NCBI GenBank assembly: GCA_028383305.1
Contig: JAOEVD010000003.1
Coordinates: forward strand, 5,442 to 69,441
Reading direction: 5' to 3'
DNA length: 64,000 bases
Source of the DNA: Candidatus Puniceispirillum sp.
Lineage (GTDB): Bacteria > Pseudomonadota > Alphaproteobacteria > Puniceispirillales > Puniceispirillaceae
The position numbers and the translations under genes are program-made. Of the stretch, positions 40,695 to 50,912 are shown one piece after another. The stretch's first letter is position 1; every line of letters begins with the position of its first letter. The notes beneath the pieces were generated by a model. It was not told the DNA's origin. It made no database searches and saw nothing but the letters and a program-made list of their open reading frames with translations.

Positions 40695-42043
40695 TCTTTG
40701 ATCTTGGGATTCTTATCCTGCCGATACAGATTGCAGGTTGTATCAAGCTTGCTATCCGATAGAAACCGCCCATAGCCTGTTGCTGATTTAGCGTGGCGCA
40801 GGCTGGCCTTGACTGCTTGGGCTAGCTCTTTTCCCGTGAGGCGGTTTGGCATTGCTGAATTCGCAAAACAAATCACATATGCGGTTAGTTTTGGTACAGC
40901 GAAGCTGCTTCCGGACATCATGCTCTGGTGTTCACCTGCACCTGTTGCCAATAAATTTTCAGCTGGCAAGCCAATATCGACAGCTATTCCGAAATTTGAT
41001 CCATCAGCAAGCCTGCCATCGGGCATAGTCGAGGTAACGGTGATCGCATTTTCAAGCGCATTTACAGCCGGATAAATGGGTAATTTACCGAGATCAACGC
41101 CATTATTGCCGGCTGAAATGATAAACAGAATTTCGGGGTGACGTTTCGCTGCTGCGAAAAAATATGTCCAATCATCGGGCGATTGACTGCCAAGGGGCAT
41201 CATCACAATGCGGGCATTTTGCGCCGCTAACCAATCCACCGCATCACCCATTAACGCCATATCAGGACGTGGGTAGCGCACTGGCAAAATCTGAAAGCCA
41301 ACCCCGGATTTATGTAGAATATCAACAACATAGCTTCCGTGACTTTGGGGGTAAAATGGGCTTTGGCCAAGGCTGGCGTCAAAAGGCAGATGATCCCCAT
41401 CCCACATGTCGCGGGCGACAAGGACGCCGGACCGGTCATAGATTAGATATTGTTGAAATGCAGGACGCCGATAATCGATTCCTGAATCAATATGCCCAAT
41501 CCGAAGATGCTGGTTCGGTTTTGTTTTAGAGGGGGCTGTTGGCTGCATTGACGGCGGGTTGATCCATATCTTATCAGCTGGCTGGCCATGTCTTTTAACA
41601 GTCACATATTGCATGCGGCCATCATCAAGATAGGTGATTTGCCGCGTTTCAATCATCATACAATCGCGGGTAAAGACAGATAGTGAAAGGGGTGTTTCGC
41701 CTTGTAAAATCTCGCCGCGCATTGTGCGCAAACTGCCCGACATGAAAACCGTCCAAAGCTTTGCCGACATTTTTTGATCGGTTTGAAAGATGAATTGCAA
41801 GCGGGTTGCGGGGCCGCGCTGACGAAGCTGGTGATGTTCAAAGCGCCATTGGTTGTTTATGGCAAATTTGGTGGCAAATTCGGCAATTTCTTCCGGATTC
41901 GTGTTGAAATCGTCTTTTGCCTGCAAATCGCTGCAAAATTGTGCAAAGCTATGGTTGTTGGATGGTTGGTTCGCTGCGACATTTTGAAAAGGGGCAATCA
42001 TCAACAGGCTGGCGATGATAGAACCGAAAACAATTCGGATCAT
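40691..42043 (-). CDS. Secreted S8 (subtilisin-like) peptidase
   Basis: Signal peptide; triad motifs HIDSG, HGSYV, SAGN, SGSSFAVP. Confidence 0.75.
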   Translation of the reverse strand: MIRIVFGSIIASLLMIAPFQNVAANQPSNNHSFAQFCSDLQAKDDFNTNPEEIAEFATKFAINNQWRFEHHQLRQRGPATRLQFIFQTDQKMSAKLWTVFMSGSLRTMRGEILQGETPLSLSVFTRDCMMIETRQITYLDDGRMQYVTVKRHGQPADKIWINPPSMQPTAPSKTKPNQHLRIGHIDSGIDYRRPAFQQYLIYDRSGVLVARDMWDGDHLPFDASLGQSPFYPQSHGSYVVDILHKSGVGFQILPVRYPRPDMALMGDAVDWLAAQNARIVMMPLGSQSPDDWTYFFAAAKRHPEILFIISAGNNGVDLGKLPIYPAVNALENAITVTSTMPDGRLADGSNFGIAVDIGLPAENLLATGAGEHQSMMSGSSFAVPKLTAYVICFANSAMPNRLTGKELAQAVKASLRHAKSATGYGRFLSDSKLDTTCNLYRQDKNPKIKD

Positions 42044-42112
42044 GCGAAACTGCCGATCTTGAAACGCGGTGATAAATGATTTTTTGGCTTTGATCGTTTG
42101 ATGGGAACCTCG

Positions 42113-42853
42113 ATGGTAAATCACCTGATAGATGCAAAATTTCAACGGCAAATTATCTTTACCCTGACAGCCATCATTCTAGGCCTGTTTGGCAATTCTG
42201 CCAAGGCAGAGCATGGTGAACAGACGTGGGCACAAGCCCAAAAATCTGTCGTGGAGGTTAACCCCGTTTGGCCAGGATATGACCGCCCGGGATTTGGCGC
42301 GCCAAAAGGAACGGCACCGGCTGGAAGCGGCATCTATTTCAGCATTGATGGCGCGGCGGAGTCGGTCTTTATCATGACTGCTGCCCATGTTGTGAATGCT
42401 GCTGAGTCAATTGAAATTATTGATTTTTCTGGAAACATTGCCACCGCAATGATTCATGCAATTGACGTAAGACGTGATATAGCCATTCTGCGAACCGAAC
42501 TGATCGGCACCGGCATTGCAATTCGGCAAGATGAGCCATTGATCGGAAGCCATGTTTGCGCACTTGGCAACAGCTTTGGTCTTGGCACAGGAATGACCTG
42601 CGGTATTGTATCTGCTGTGCGACGTTCCAATATAGGGTTTAATGAAATCGAAGACTTTATCCAGACTGATGCGGCGGTAAATCCAGGGATGTCTGGTGGG
42701 GCCTTGGTTGATCCACAAGGCCGGTTGGTCGGTTTGGTAAGTGGTATTTTTACCAAAGAAGCAGATATTGATGCCGGTGTGAATTTTGCCATTTCAGTGT
42801 CGGTTATTCAGCAAAGCTTAGCGTCGCAATTAAAGGTAGGGGTTCAATTTTAG
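42113..42853 (+). CDS. Trypsin-like S1C serine protease without PDZ
   Basis: TAAHVV, DIAIL, IQTDAAVNPGMSGG; start uncertain. Confidence 0.85.
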   Translation: MVNHLIDAKFQRQIIFTLTAIILGLFGNSAKAEHGEQTWAQAQKSVVEVNPVWPGYDRPGFGAPKGTAPAGSGIYFSIDGAAESVFIMTAAHVVNAAESIEIIDFSGNIATAMIHAIDVRRDIAILRTELIGTGIAIRQDEPLIGSHVCALGNSFGLGTGMTCGIVSAVRRSNIGFNEIEDFIQTDAAVNPGMSGGALVDPQGRLVGLVSGIFTKEADIDAGVNFAISVSVIQQSLASQLKVGVQF

Positions 42854-42982
42854 CCTAAAAATTCTTTTCCGGTCTGACTGGCTTCATTGGACAGGACTCT
42901 CTATGGTAAAAGTCATGTGACTGATGCTACAATTAAAAGCTGATATTTCATCAGCCTTGGGAACAGAGGTTATATTTAAATT

Positions 42983-43999
42983 ATGGATAATGTAGTACTG
43001 CCAAAAACCCTTATCGATCCATTTGGCCGGACGGTTGATTATATCCGTGTGTCGGTTACCGACCGCTGCGATTTTCGCTGTGTCTATTGCATGGCCGAAC
43101 ATATGACCTTTTTGCCGAAGGCTGAATTATTGTCGTTGGAAGAGTTGGAACAGGTTTGCCGCAATTTTATGGCTCTTGGTACACGCAAAATTCGGTTAAC
43201 CGGTGGTGAACCTTTGGTGCGCCGCAATATCATGCATCTGGTCCGCAATCTTGGTAACGAGGTCAAAGCAGGCAATCTTGACGAGTTGACCATCACCACA
43301 AATGGCAGCCAATTGCATAAAATGGCGGATGAACTTGTTGATGCTGGCGTTAAGCGGCTGAATATCTCAATTGATACGCTTGATCCTGATAGGTTTCGCG
43401 AAATTACCCGTTGGGGCGATCTTGATAATGTTCTTGAAGGGCTGGAAGTTGCAAAACGTGCCGGACTTGCGATCAAGCTAAACGCGGTTGCCTTAAAAGG
43501 TGTCAATGAATTTGATCTCGGCAATATGGTGGCATGGGCCGGCGATCAAGGTTTTGACATGACCATCATTGAGGTTATGCCAATGGGTGATATCGGCAAT
43601 GAAAACCGTGTTGATCAATATCTACCGCTTTCACAAGTGCGTGCCGAATTGTCAAAACGTTTCACCCTGACCGATAATAATTTCCAAACCCCCGGGCCGG
43701 CGCGCTATGTGACGGTTGAAGAAACCGGTCGCCGCCTTGGCTTTATCACACCGCTGACACATAATTTTTGTGAATCATGCAACCGTGTTCGGGTGACTTG
43801 CACTGGCCAGCTTTATATGTGTCTTGGTCAGGATGATAATGCTGATCTTGCCAGGGCACTTCGTAATGATGGCGAAGACGGGTTGCGCGATGCCATTATT
43901 GAAGCCATTAGCCGGAAACCAAAAGGGCATGATTTTGTCATTAGCCGGCGTGCACCAAATGCGGCAGTTGCGCGGCATATGAATGTAACCGGAGGTTAG
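42983..43999 (+). CDS. moaA: GTP 3',8-cyclase
   Basis: [17 protein letters not shown]-terminal GG. Confidence 0.97.
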   Translation: MDNVVLPKTLIDPFGRTVDYIRVSVTDRCDFRCVYCMAEHMTFLPKAELLSLEELEQVCRNFMALGTRKIRLTGGEPLVRRNIMHLVRNLGNEVKAGNLDELTITTNGSQLHKMADELVDAGVKRLNISIDTLDPDRFREITRWGDLDNVLEGLEVAKRAGLAIKLNAVALKGVNEFDLGNMVAWAGDQGFDMTIIEVMPMGDIGNENRVDQYLPLSQVRAELSKRFTLTDNNFQTPGPARYVTVEETGRRLGFITPLTHNFCESCNRVRVTCTGQLYMCLGQDDNADLARALRNDGEDGLRDAIIEAISRKPKGHDFVISRRAPNAAVARHMNVTGG

Positions 44000-44002
44000 C
44001 CG

Positions 44003-44545
44003 ATGACTGAGGCGCGTCTTATCCGTCCCGGTAGGCATGGCGCCATATTCGGGTTGGCGGGCTGGTCTGGTTCAGGCAAAACCACGCTTGTTGAAAAAGT
44101 CATTTCCCATATCAGCGCTAGCGGGGTCGACGTTGCCACGATCAAACATGCGCATCATCATTTTGATGCTGATCACCCGGGAAAAGATAGCTATCGCCAT
44201 CGCGAGGCAGGATCGCGGCAGGTTCTAGTGTCATCGGCCTATCGGTCGGCGCATTTTATTGAACATGGCGAAAGAGGCGAGCCTGATCTATCCGTTCTGC
44301 TTGACCAATTGGCACCGGCTGATCTGGTTCTTGTTGAAGGCTTTAAAAGCTATCCTATTGAAAAAATAGAAGTTCACCGGCCATCTATTGGTAAATTACA
44401 CCTTTATCCAAATGACGATCTGGTGATTGCCTTAGCAAGTGATGAGCCGATTCTGGAATGTCCATTACCGTTTTTCAACCTTGAAGATGTTGCCGGAATT
44501 GCGGCTTTTATTCTGGTGCAAACAAAGTTGAAACAGGCGAGCTAG
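44003..44545 (+). CDS. mobB: Molybdopterin-guanine dinucleotide biosynthesis protein B
   Basis: GWSGSGKTT, IKHAHH, GKDS, LVEGFK. Confidence 0.93.
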   Translation: MTEARLIRPGRHGAIFGLAGWSGSGKTTLVEKVISHISASGVDVATIKHAHHHFDADHPGKDSYRHREAGSRQVLVSSAYRSAHFIEHGERGEPDLSVLLDQLAPADLVLVEGFKSYPIEKIEVHRPSIGKLHLYPNDDLVIALASDEPILECPLPFFNLEDVAGIAAFILVQTKLKQAS

Positions 44546-44549
44546 GGCC

Positions 44550-45785
44550 ATGTCCAACCAACGGACGGCTCCCATTCCCATTGATTTGGCACGAAGCCAA
44601 TTGCTTGCCAGCATTGATGCGATTACGGCGACCAAAATTCTGTCACTTGATGATGCATGTGGCAGGATCGCCGCTGAAACCATTACCAGCTTGATTGATT
44701 TGCCCCGAACGCATAACGCTGCAGTTGATGGTTATGGTGTTGATTCGACGGAACTGGCCGCAGCGCCCGATAAACCGTTTAAAATAATTGGTGTGGCGCG
44801 GGCTGGACATCCTTTTGATGGGGTGATCGGCGTTGGGGAAGCCATTGAAATCTACACTGGTTCGGTTATGCCGTCTGGCCCTGATTGCGTTGCCATGCAT
44901 GAAGATTGCACTCGTACCGGCGATGCGGTGGTGATTGCGGCGAATTTATCAAAGGCAAGCAATATGCGCCCGCCTGGTGAAAATCTGGCCAAAGGCGAGA
45001 TTGTTATCAATAAGGGGCAAGTGATTACGCCAGCTTTGATAGGCCAGCTTGCCGCATCGGGAACAGCACAAATAGAGGTTGCTCGCCGCCTTCGCGTTGC
45101 CGTTATGTCAACCGGCGATGAGGTTGTGGCCGCTGGTGCTGACGCCGCGCATGGACAAATTTTCGATGCAAACCGTCCGATGCTGAAAGCCATGTTGCAA
45201 AGCAATCAGATTGAGTTGATTGATTGCGGTATCGTTCCTGATCGGCTGGATGCGCTTGCCGATGCTTATGAACAGGCTTTGCAAATGGCTGATGTTGTCA
45301 TTTCGTCAGGCGGTGCGTCAGACGGCATTGAAGATCATAGCCAGCAGGCCATGCGGCAAGTTGGGGCGAGCTGTACATTTTGGCGTTTGGCAATGAAGCC
45401 GGGGCGTCCAATGGCAGTGGGGCGGCGTGGAAAACAGCTTATTTTCTGCCTTCCCGGAAACCCGGTTGCGGCTTTTGTTTGCACGCGCTTATTGATCAAT
45501 CCGGTTTTTACGTGTCTTTTGGGTGGCATTGTTCAGCCGATTTTAAAAATTGGCGTTCCTGCCGGATTTACGCATCGCAAAAAACCGGGTCGTGCTGAAT
45601 TTTTACGGGTTGTTCTTGTTGATGAAGGTGACGGGCAGGTTCTGCACCTTCATGGCCGTAAAGGGGCAGGGGTGATTTCATCATTGACCGGTGCGGATGG
45701 TCTTGTTGAAATCCCTCTTGAGAATGCTGGTGTCGACAAGGGCTTGATGTTGAATTTTCTGCCATTTCATGAACGTGGCCTTTAG
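44550..45785 (+). CDS. moeA: Molybdopterin molybdo/tungstotransferase
   Basis: AAVDGY, STGDE, SGGAS, MKPGRP, LPGNP. Confidence 0.93.
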   Translation: MSNQRTAPIPIDLARSQLLASIDAITATKILSLDDACGRIAAETITSLIDLPRTHNAAVDGYGVDSTELAAAPDKPFKIIGVARAGHPFDGVIGVGEAIEIYTGSVMPSGPDCVAMHEDCTRTGDAVVIAANLSKASNMRPPGENLAKGEIVINKGQVITPALIGQLAASGTAQIEVARRLRVAVMSTGDEVVAAGADAAHGQIFDANRPMLKAMLQSNQIELIDCGIVPDRLDALADAYEQALQMADVVISSGGASDGIEDHSQQAMRQVGASCTFWRLAMKPGRPMAVGRRGKQLIFCLPGNPVAAFVCTRLLINPVFTCLLGGIVQPILKIGVPAGFTHRKKPGRAEFLRVVLVDEGDGQVLHLHGRKGAGVISSLTGADGLVEIPLENAGVDKGLMLNFLPFHERGL

Positions 45786-45809
45786 GCCGGTCATAAGGTG
45801 AGGGATAAA

Positions 45810-46262
45810 ATGAGCGTAAGAATAACCGAAGATGATTTTGATATTGCGCTTGAGCATGAAAAGCTGAAATCGCGTGACGCTGGGGCAATTGTCACCTTTA
45901 CCGGAACTGTCCGCGATCTGCCAAATGGTGGCGGGTTGAGCGCGATGACGCTTGAACATTATCCAGGCATGACCGAATCTGAAATTGAAATGATCATTGA
46001 TCAGGCAAAATTACGCTGGCCCTTGGAAAAGGTCACGGTAATTCATCGTGTTGGCCGGATGTTGACAACCGAAAATATCGTTTTTGTTGGCTGTTCTTCG
46101 GCGCATCGCGGGGCGGCGTTTGACGGTGCCAATTTCATTATGGATTTTCTAAAAACCAAAGCACCATTCTGGAAATTGGAAGACGGGCCTGATGGCGCAA
46201 AATGGGTTGATGCGCGTGATTCTGACAACAAAGCGCTTGATCGCTGGAACCTGCCGGAATAG
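45810..46262 (+). CDS. moaE: Molybdopterin synthase catalytic subunit
   Basis: EHYPGM, HRVG, HRG.AF, KTKAPFWK.E. Confidence 0.95.
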   Translation: MSVRITEDDFDIALEHEKLKSRDAGAIVTFTGTVRDLPNGGGLSAMTLEHYPGMTESEIEMIIDQAKLRWPLEKVTVIHRVGRMLTTENIVFVGCSSAHRGAAFDGANFIMDFLKTKAPFWKLEDGPDGAKWVDARDSDNKALDRWNLPE

Positions 46263-46286
46263 GGCTTTCATGCCCCCTAAGCCAAG

Positions 46287-46934
46287 TTATCTCGGAATAT
46301 AGTCGTTTTTCCATTTCAAAACGACATTGAAAGATATCGAAATGCGTGGCATTTCCGCCATGTTCGGATGTACCAGATGATGCAAAAAGGCTGGCCATAA
46401 AAATAAATCACCATTATTCGGCAAAAGCCGATGTTCGGCATCAACCTGTCCATCATTACGGATTGAATTCATATTGGCCTGCGGGCGCGGGTCAAAAAAG
46501 CTAATGGCGCTTGGATTCAAATCTGACCGGAATGTGTCGGCATCGCTTTGATCGGGCACTGAAACATAATAGGTGCCGGACAGCCATGAATGGGGGTGGT
46601 TATGCAGATTGTGATAATCGCCGCGCATATTCACATTGGCCCAGCCTTGCAAAATCCATTCAAGGTCGTAATCAATACCGGCATGCCGCGCGTAATCTAG
46701 AACCGCGCGATCACAACATTGTCGAAGCCAGATCACGGCCGGATGGTCGGTCATGAATAGATTGTCGGAAATATAATCAACGGTCATATCGTCACGGGCG
46801 ATGTTCTTTTCCAACAAATGATCAGCCAGAACCGGATTTGCCGTGTCATGACCGGGTAGGCTTAGCGACATGAATTGTGTCGGCCATAGCTGTTTGAATT
46901 CTGGTTTCCCGGGTGTGTTTTCTGATTGTGACAT
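46287..46934 (-). CDS. Putative 2OG-Fe(II) oxygenase (TIGR02466-like)
   Basis: WAN..HNH..SGTYY, F.DPR, WPAFL.H.V, RISISFN. Confidence 0.8.
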   Translation of the reverse strand: MSQSENTPGKPEFKQLWPTQFMSLSLPGHDTANPVLADHLLEKNIARDDMTVDYISDNLFMTDHPAVIWLRQCCDRAVLDYARHAGIDYDLEWILQGWANVNMRGDYHNLHNHPHSWLSGTYYVSVPDQSDADTFRSDLNPSAISFFDPRPQANMNSIRNDGQVDAEHRLLPNNGDLFLWPAFLHHLVHPNMAEMPRISISFNVVLKWKNDYIPR

Positions 46935-46976
46935 TCTCTAGATGCTCCGGATGATGATTGACTGACAGGATGATGT

Positions 46977-47714
46977 TTAGCAGATGCCCACCTTTGTAAG
47001 GCATTGAACGGCAATTGTGCCACCAGTCCACAGGCAGAGACAAGCTGTTATCGCTGAAAATAGATTTCCAAAAATAGCGCCTCGCGTACCGGCAAGCGAC
47101 AATGGCATGGCAACAACAATTGTAAGTAACCCCATACCCACCAAGGCGCCAATACAGAAAAAAATCATATGAAGGAATGAAAGCGTAATGGAATGGGTTG
47201 TCGTGACGACAAGAACCCTCAAACTGCCCGGGGAGCCCTGCTACCCCATGCGTCAGACCGACCAGCACTGCGAGAAGCGGGCTTTTGTTGGCATGTTTGT
47301 GATCGTGCGACATTTCATCATGCGGCAGGTTGCGTTGGGTTTAGGGTGACCATTCAGATGGCTGTGCATATCCAAATGGCGTTTGCCATCATGTTCATGG
47401 ATATGAATATGGATACGGCGACGATACATCCGCCAGATCAATTGCACGCCAAGATATAGAATCAGCAAACTGGTACCTAGTTCCAGCAAGGCCTAATTCT
47501 GTTCGCTTAAAGCCTGCCCAGTTGACGACAGAACCGCACAAAGCGCCAAAAGCGCAATACCATGGCCAGCACCCTAGTAAAGCCCCCGCCGCATTAATCC
47601 AAGCTTGCCGCATTGGCGGTTCCACATGGCCAAAACGGCGGCAATATGATCTGCATCCATAGCATGTGTAATGCCCAAAAACAGACCAAGAGACATAAGG
47701 CCGAAAATTTCCAT
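46977..47714 (-). pseudogene. NiCoT/UreH-like nickel/cobalt transporter pseudogene
   Basis: ATG 47714 MEIFG..HAMDADHIAAV; in-frame TAG at 47574-47576 and 47493-47495; His-rich loop; GLTHGVAG in a shifted frame; at least two frameshifts. Confidence 0.8.
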
Positions 47715-47946
47715 TGATTGCAACGCCTAGGCTGGAACAGATATCAAAGATGATCCCACATCACGAATTTTAAGCCGCGTTGAACACTTATTCAAAAATT
47801 TTCTGGTTTTGCGTTTCAAACTGATTTATTCATGTCTTTTCGCAATGATTGCTAGTTGCCAAATTTATGATTTAGCTGTCACTATAAGGTCTAAGAACAA
47901 ACAGGTTTTTCCGTTCTCACCCCGTTTTGTTATGTGCGAGTTTTTT

Positions 47947-50247
47947 ATGAATGATCAGACCAGCCCCGCCTTTAAAGGGCGTGTTGAAGATATCCGTTTT
48001 GTATCTGGCCATGGCCAGTTTACCGCAGATATTGTTCCCGAAAATGCACTTCACGCCGTATTTTTCAGAAGCCCTGTTGCCGCTGGCATGATTACCAGCC
48101 TTGATTGCAGTGCGGCCAAGGCTGCGGCAGGTGTTGTAGCGGTTTTAACCGCAGCGGACGCGGTGGCTGATGGTGTTGCAAATATGGTATGGACCGGCGG
48201 GCCGGTTCGTGAAGATGGCGGCGTAACGGTGGATAGCCCGCGCCCGTTGCTAAGCGGGGCAGAAATCCGGCATCTTGGTGAACCGGTGACAATGATCATT
48301 GCGACGTCACGCCAGGCGGCGGCTGATGCGGCTGAATTGATTGATTTGCAGATTGAGGCGGCTGATGATGTTGCGCTGTCGGTTGAGAACATGCTTGATG
48401 GGCCGCTGGTTTGGCCGGGTACTACCGACAATATCGCGTCATTGCACCGCCAGGGTAACCGTGATGAGGTTGATGCCATCCTCGCAACATCAGCCCATGT
48501 CAGCTATTTTGAATTTGATATTTCGAAAATAACCGCCTGCACAATTGAAATGCGAAACGCGATCGGTTTTATCGACGAAAATGGGAAATCTTGCGTAACG
48601 ACAAGCGCGCAAAGCCCCTATCAGCTTCATGGCGAGCTTGCCCAGCTATTTGGTATCAGCACGGATGAAGTGCGGGTCATTTCGCCCGATGTTGGTGGAT
48701 CGTTTGGCATGAAAGGTGCGCTTTATCGCGAAGATGCGCTTGTTGTTTGGGCTTCACGTCGCTTGCAAAAACCGGTTTTCTGGGCGGCAGATCGGGGCGA
48801 GTCCTTTCTCAGTGACGAACATGCCCGCGCGGTCAGCGGCACGGCCTCGCTTGGCCTTGATAAAGATGGCAATTTCACCGCGCTTTGGGTCGATGCCCAT
48901 ATTGATGCCGGTGCTTATCTGTCACGCCGTACCAAGGGGTTGCTGAATAATATGGGCGGGGTTGCTGGACAATATAAAACCCCCGCCATCGCAACCCAAA
49001 TGTCGTTTTTCTTCACCAATACAATGCAAACATCGCCTTATCGTGGTTTTGGGCGGCCTGAAGCAACCTATGTTATTGAGCGGCTGATTGATCAGGCAGC
49101 ACGCGAAACTGGCCGTGATGCGCTGGCGCTTCGTCAGCAAAATCTGGTGTCATCTGATGCGATGCCATATCAGACCGCGCTGACATTTCTGTATGATTGT
49201 GGTGATTTTCCAAGAATCGTTGCGGCGGCGGCGAAAAATGCCGATTACGCAGGCTTTCCAGAACGGCAAAAAGATTCTGAATCGCGCGGTTTGCTTCGCG
49301 GCATTGGCATTGCCAATCCGATCGAGGTGGCTGGTGGGCCGTTAAAACAGGTGCGAAAAGACATTGCGCGGATTACCGTTCGTCCAGATGGTCAAATCGT
49401 GATTACACCCGGATTAATGTCGGTTGGGCAGGGGCATGAAACCGCCTTGGCACGAATGGCGTCAAGCCGTCTTGGTGTCGATATGGACGATATCATTTAT
49501 CAGCAGGGTGATACTGACCTTCTTCCATCTGGACGGGGCAGCGGTGGATCGGCTGCAACCGTAATTGGCGGGGCGGCGGTTCATGTTGCGTTGAATGAAT
49601 TTGTGGCGGCTGGCAAATCCATTGCCGCCGGTGTTTTGGGATGCGAAATTGATCATGTTGCCTTTGATGCCGGCCTGTTTAGCAACCCGTCAAATATGAC
49701 GCAAAAACCGATGAGTTGGACTGATATTGCCGCGCATAGCAACGCCACTGGGGGCCTGTCGGTTCTTGGCGAGTTTCTGCCCCCTGATGTAACCTATCCG
49801 AATGGCTGCCATATTTGTGAGGTCGAAATTGATCCCACAACCGGCAAGGTCAGTTTTGCCGATTATGTCGTTGTTGAAGATGTGGGAACCGTGCTGAACG
49901 CCGATCTTGTCGAAGGCCAGATGCATGGCGGAATCGCACAAGGCATTGGCCAAGCTCTTGGCGAGATTCTAAAATTTGATGAAACCGGTCAATTGATCAG
50001 TGGCTCGTTCATGGATTATCAGATACCAATCGCGGCTGATTTCCCGAATTTCAGAGTTTCGACCATTGCCGTGCCAACAAAGATTAATCCGCTTGGTGCC
50101 AAAGGTGTTGGCGAGGCGGGAACGGTTGGCGCGCTTGCAGCGACAATGAATGCTGTTGTTGATGCGATGGCATCAGCTGGCGTTCAGGCATTTGAAATGC
50201 CAGCAACGCCGCACCGCGTTTGGCAGGCATTGCAAGAGGCCAGGTAA
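47947..50247 (+). CDS. Xanthine dehydrogenase family molybdopterin-binding large subunit (CoxL-like, not form I)
   Basis: DVGGSFGMK, PYRGFGRPE, GQGHET, GQMHGG, AKGVGE. Confidence 0.88.
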   Translation: MNDQTSPAFKGRVEDIRFVSGHGQFTADIVPENALHAVFFRSPVAAGMITSLDCSAAKAAAGVVAVLTAADAVADGVANMVWTGGPVREDGGVTVDSPRPLLSGAEIRHLGEPVTMIIATSRQAAADAAELIDLQIEAADDVALSVENMLDGPLVWPGTTDNIASLHRQGNRDEVDAILATSAHVSYFEFDISKITACTIEMRNAIGFIDENGKSCVTTSAQSPYQLHGELAQLFGISTDEVRVISPDVGGSFGMKGALYREDALVVWASRRLQKPVFWAADRGESFLSDEHARAVSGTASLGLDKDGNFTALWVDAHIDAGAYLSRRTKGLLNNMGGVAGQYKTPAIATQMSFFFTNTMQTSPYRGFGRPEATYVIERLIDQAARETGRDALALRQQNLVSSDAMPYQTALTFLYDCGDFPRIVAAAAKNADYAGFPERQKDSESRGLLRGIGIANPIEVAGGPLKQVRKDIARITVRPDGQIVITPGLMSVGQGHETALARMASSRLGVDMDDIIYQQGDTDLLPSGRGSGGSAATVIGGAAVHVALNEFVAAGKSIAAGVLGCEIDHVAFDAGLFSNPSNMTQKPMSWTDIAAHSNATGGLSVLGEFLPPDVTYPNGCHICEVEIDPTTGKVSFADYVVVEDVGTVLNADLVEGQMHGGIAQGIGQALGEILKFDETGQLISGSFMDYQIPIAADFPNFRVSTIAVPTKINPLGAKGVGEAGTVGALAATMNAVVDAMASAGVQAFEMPATPHRVWQALQEAR

Positions 50248-50257
50248 TAACAGTGTG

Positions 50258-50770
50258 TTACGCCGAGTCCCGCGCCAATCTGGACCGGCTGAGCATACCG
50301 TCGATTTCGCGTTGTAATTTGGCTTTTTCGATCGGATGCAGAAAGGCGCCAATCTCGGTTTCGACGCCATGGCTGGATAGGATAACGCGCTGATGATAGC
50401 GCGCTGCCAGTGCGGGGGCGACTGGTGGGCTTAATTGAACACGAAGCCAGCCAACCGGATATTTCGATATTGCGGCATTACCATCTTGATCTTTATGTTC
50501 GACTGTTAGGGTTTCGGTAGTTGTTTCAATGGTTTCACGAACCTTGGCGGCGCGGTAATTCAGCTTGAGCGCGCCCCAGACAACAAGAAACTCCAGCCCT
50601 AGAAACCCAATAACCGGCCAAGCACCTGCCAGAAAAAATCCCAAACCAATGGTAAACAGCAATCCGGCTAGAACCCCAATCACAATCGCGAATCCCTTTG
50701 GCGAAAGCGACCGGTGCGGCCAGATGGTTAGCCGTTCAAGCGGCTGTGATTCGGTTTGGTTCTCACTCAT
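50258..50770 (-). CDS. DUF2244-like membrane protein
   Basis: PHRSLS..GF, GAWPVIGFLGLE, EIGAFL. Confidence 0.8.
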   Translation of the reverse strand: MSENQTESQPLERLTIWPHRSLSPKGFAIVIGVLAGLLFTIGLGFFLAGAWPVIGFLGLEFLVVWGALKLNYRAAKVRETIETTTETLTVEHKDQDGNAAISKYPVGWLRVQLSPPVAPALAARYHQRVILSSHGVETEIGAFLHPIEKAKLQREIDGMLSRSRLARDSA

Positions 50771-50912
50771 TGAATAAGAAGATGGTGACATTGGGTCGCG
50801 CCGTCAAGATGGAGCAGGACATTCGCCAGAGGATTGCTTTTTGCCAAAATGATGTTTAGGGCTTGATAAGCAGTCCAATAACCAGATTTTTATTGAAATT
50901 TTGAGGAATAAA

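Noticed and set aside
42854-42982. Moco riboswitch or FNR box upstream of moaA (GCTGAT-ATTTC-ATCAGC)
   Set aside because: Spacer is 5 nt, not the 4 nt of TTGAT-N4-ATCAA; no recognisable multi-stem riboswitch by eye (an Rfam scan would be decisive)
47947-50247. True aerobic CO dehydrogenase
   Set aside because: No AYxCSFR motif and no coxMS or coxDEFG neighbours
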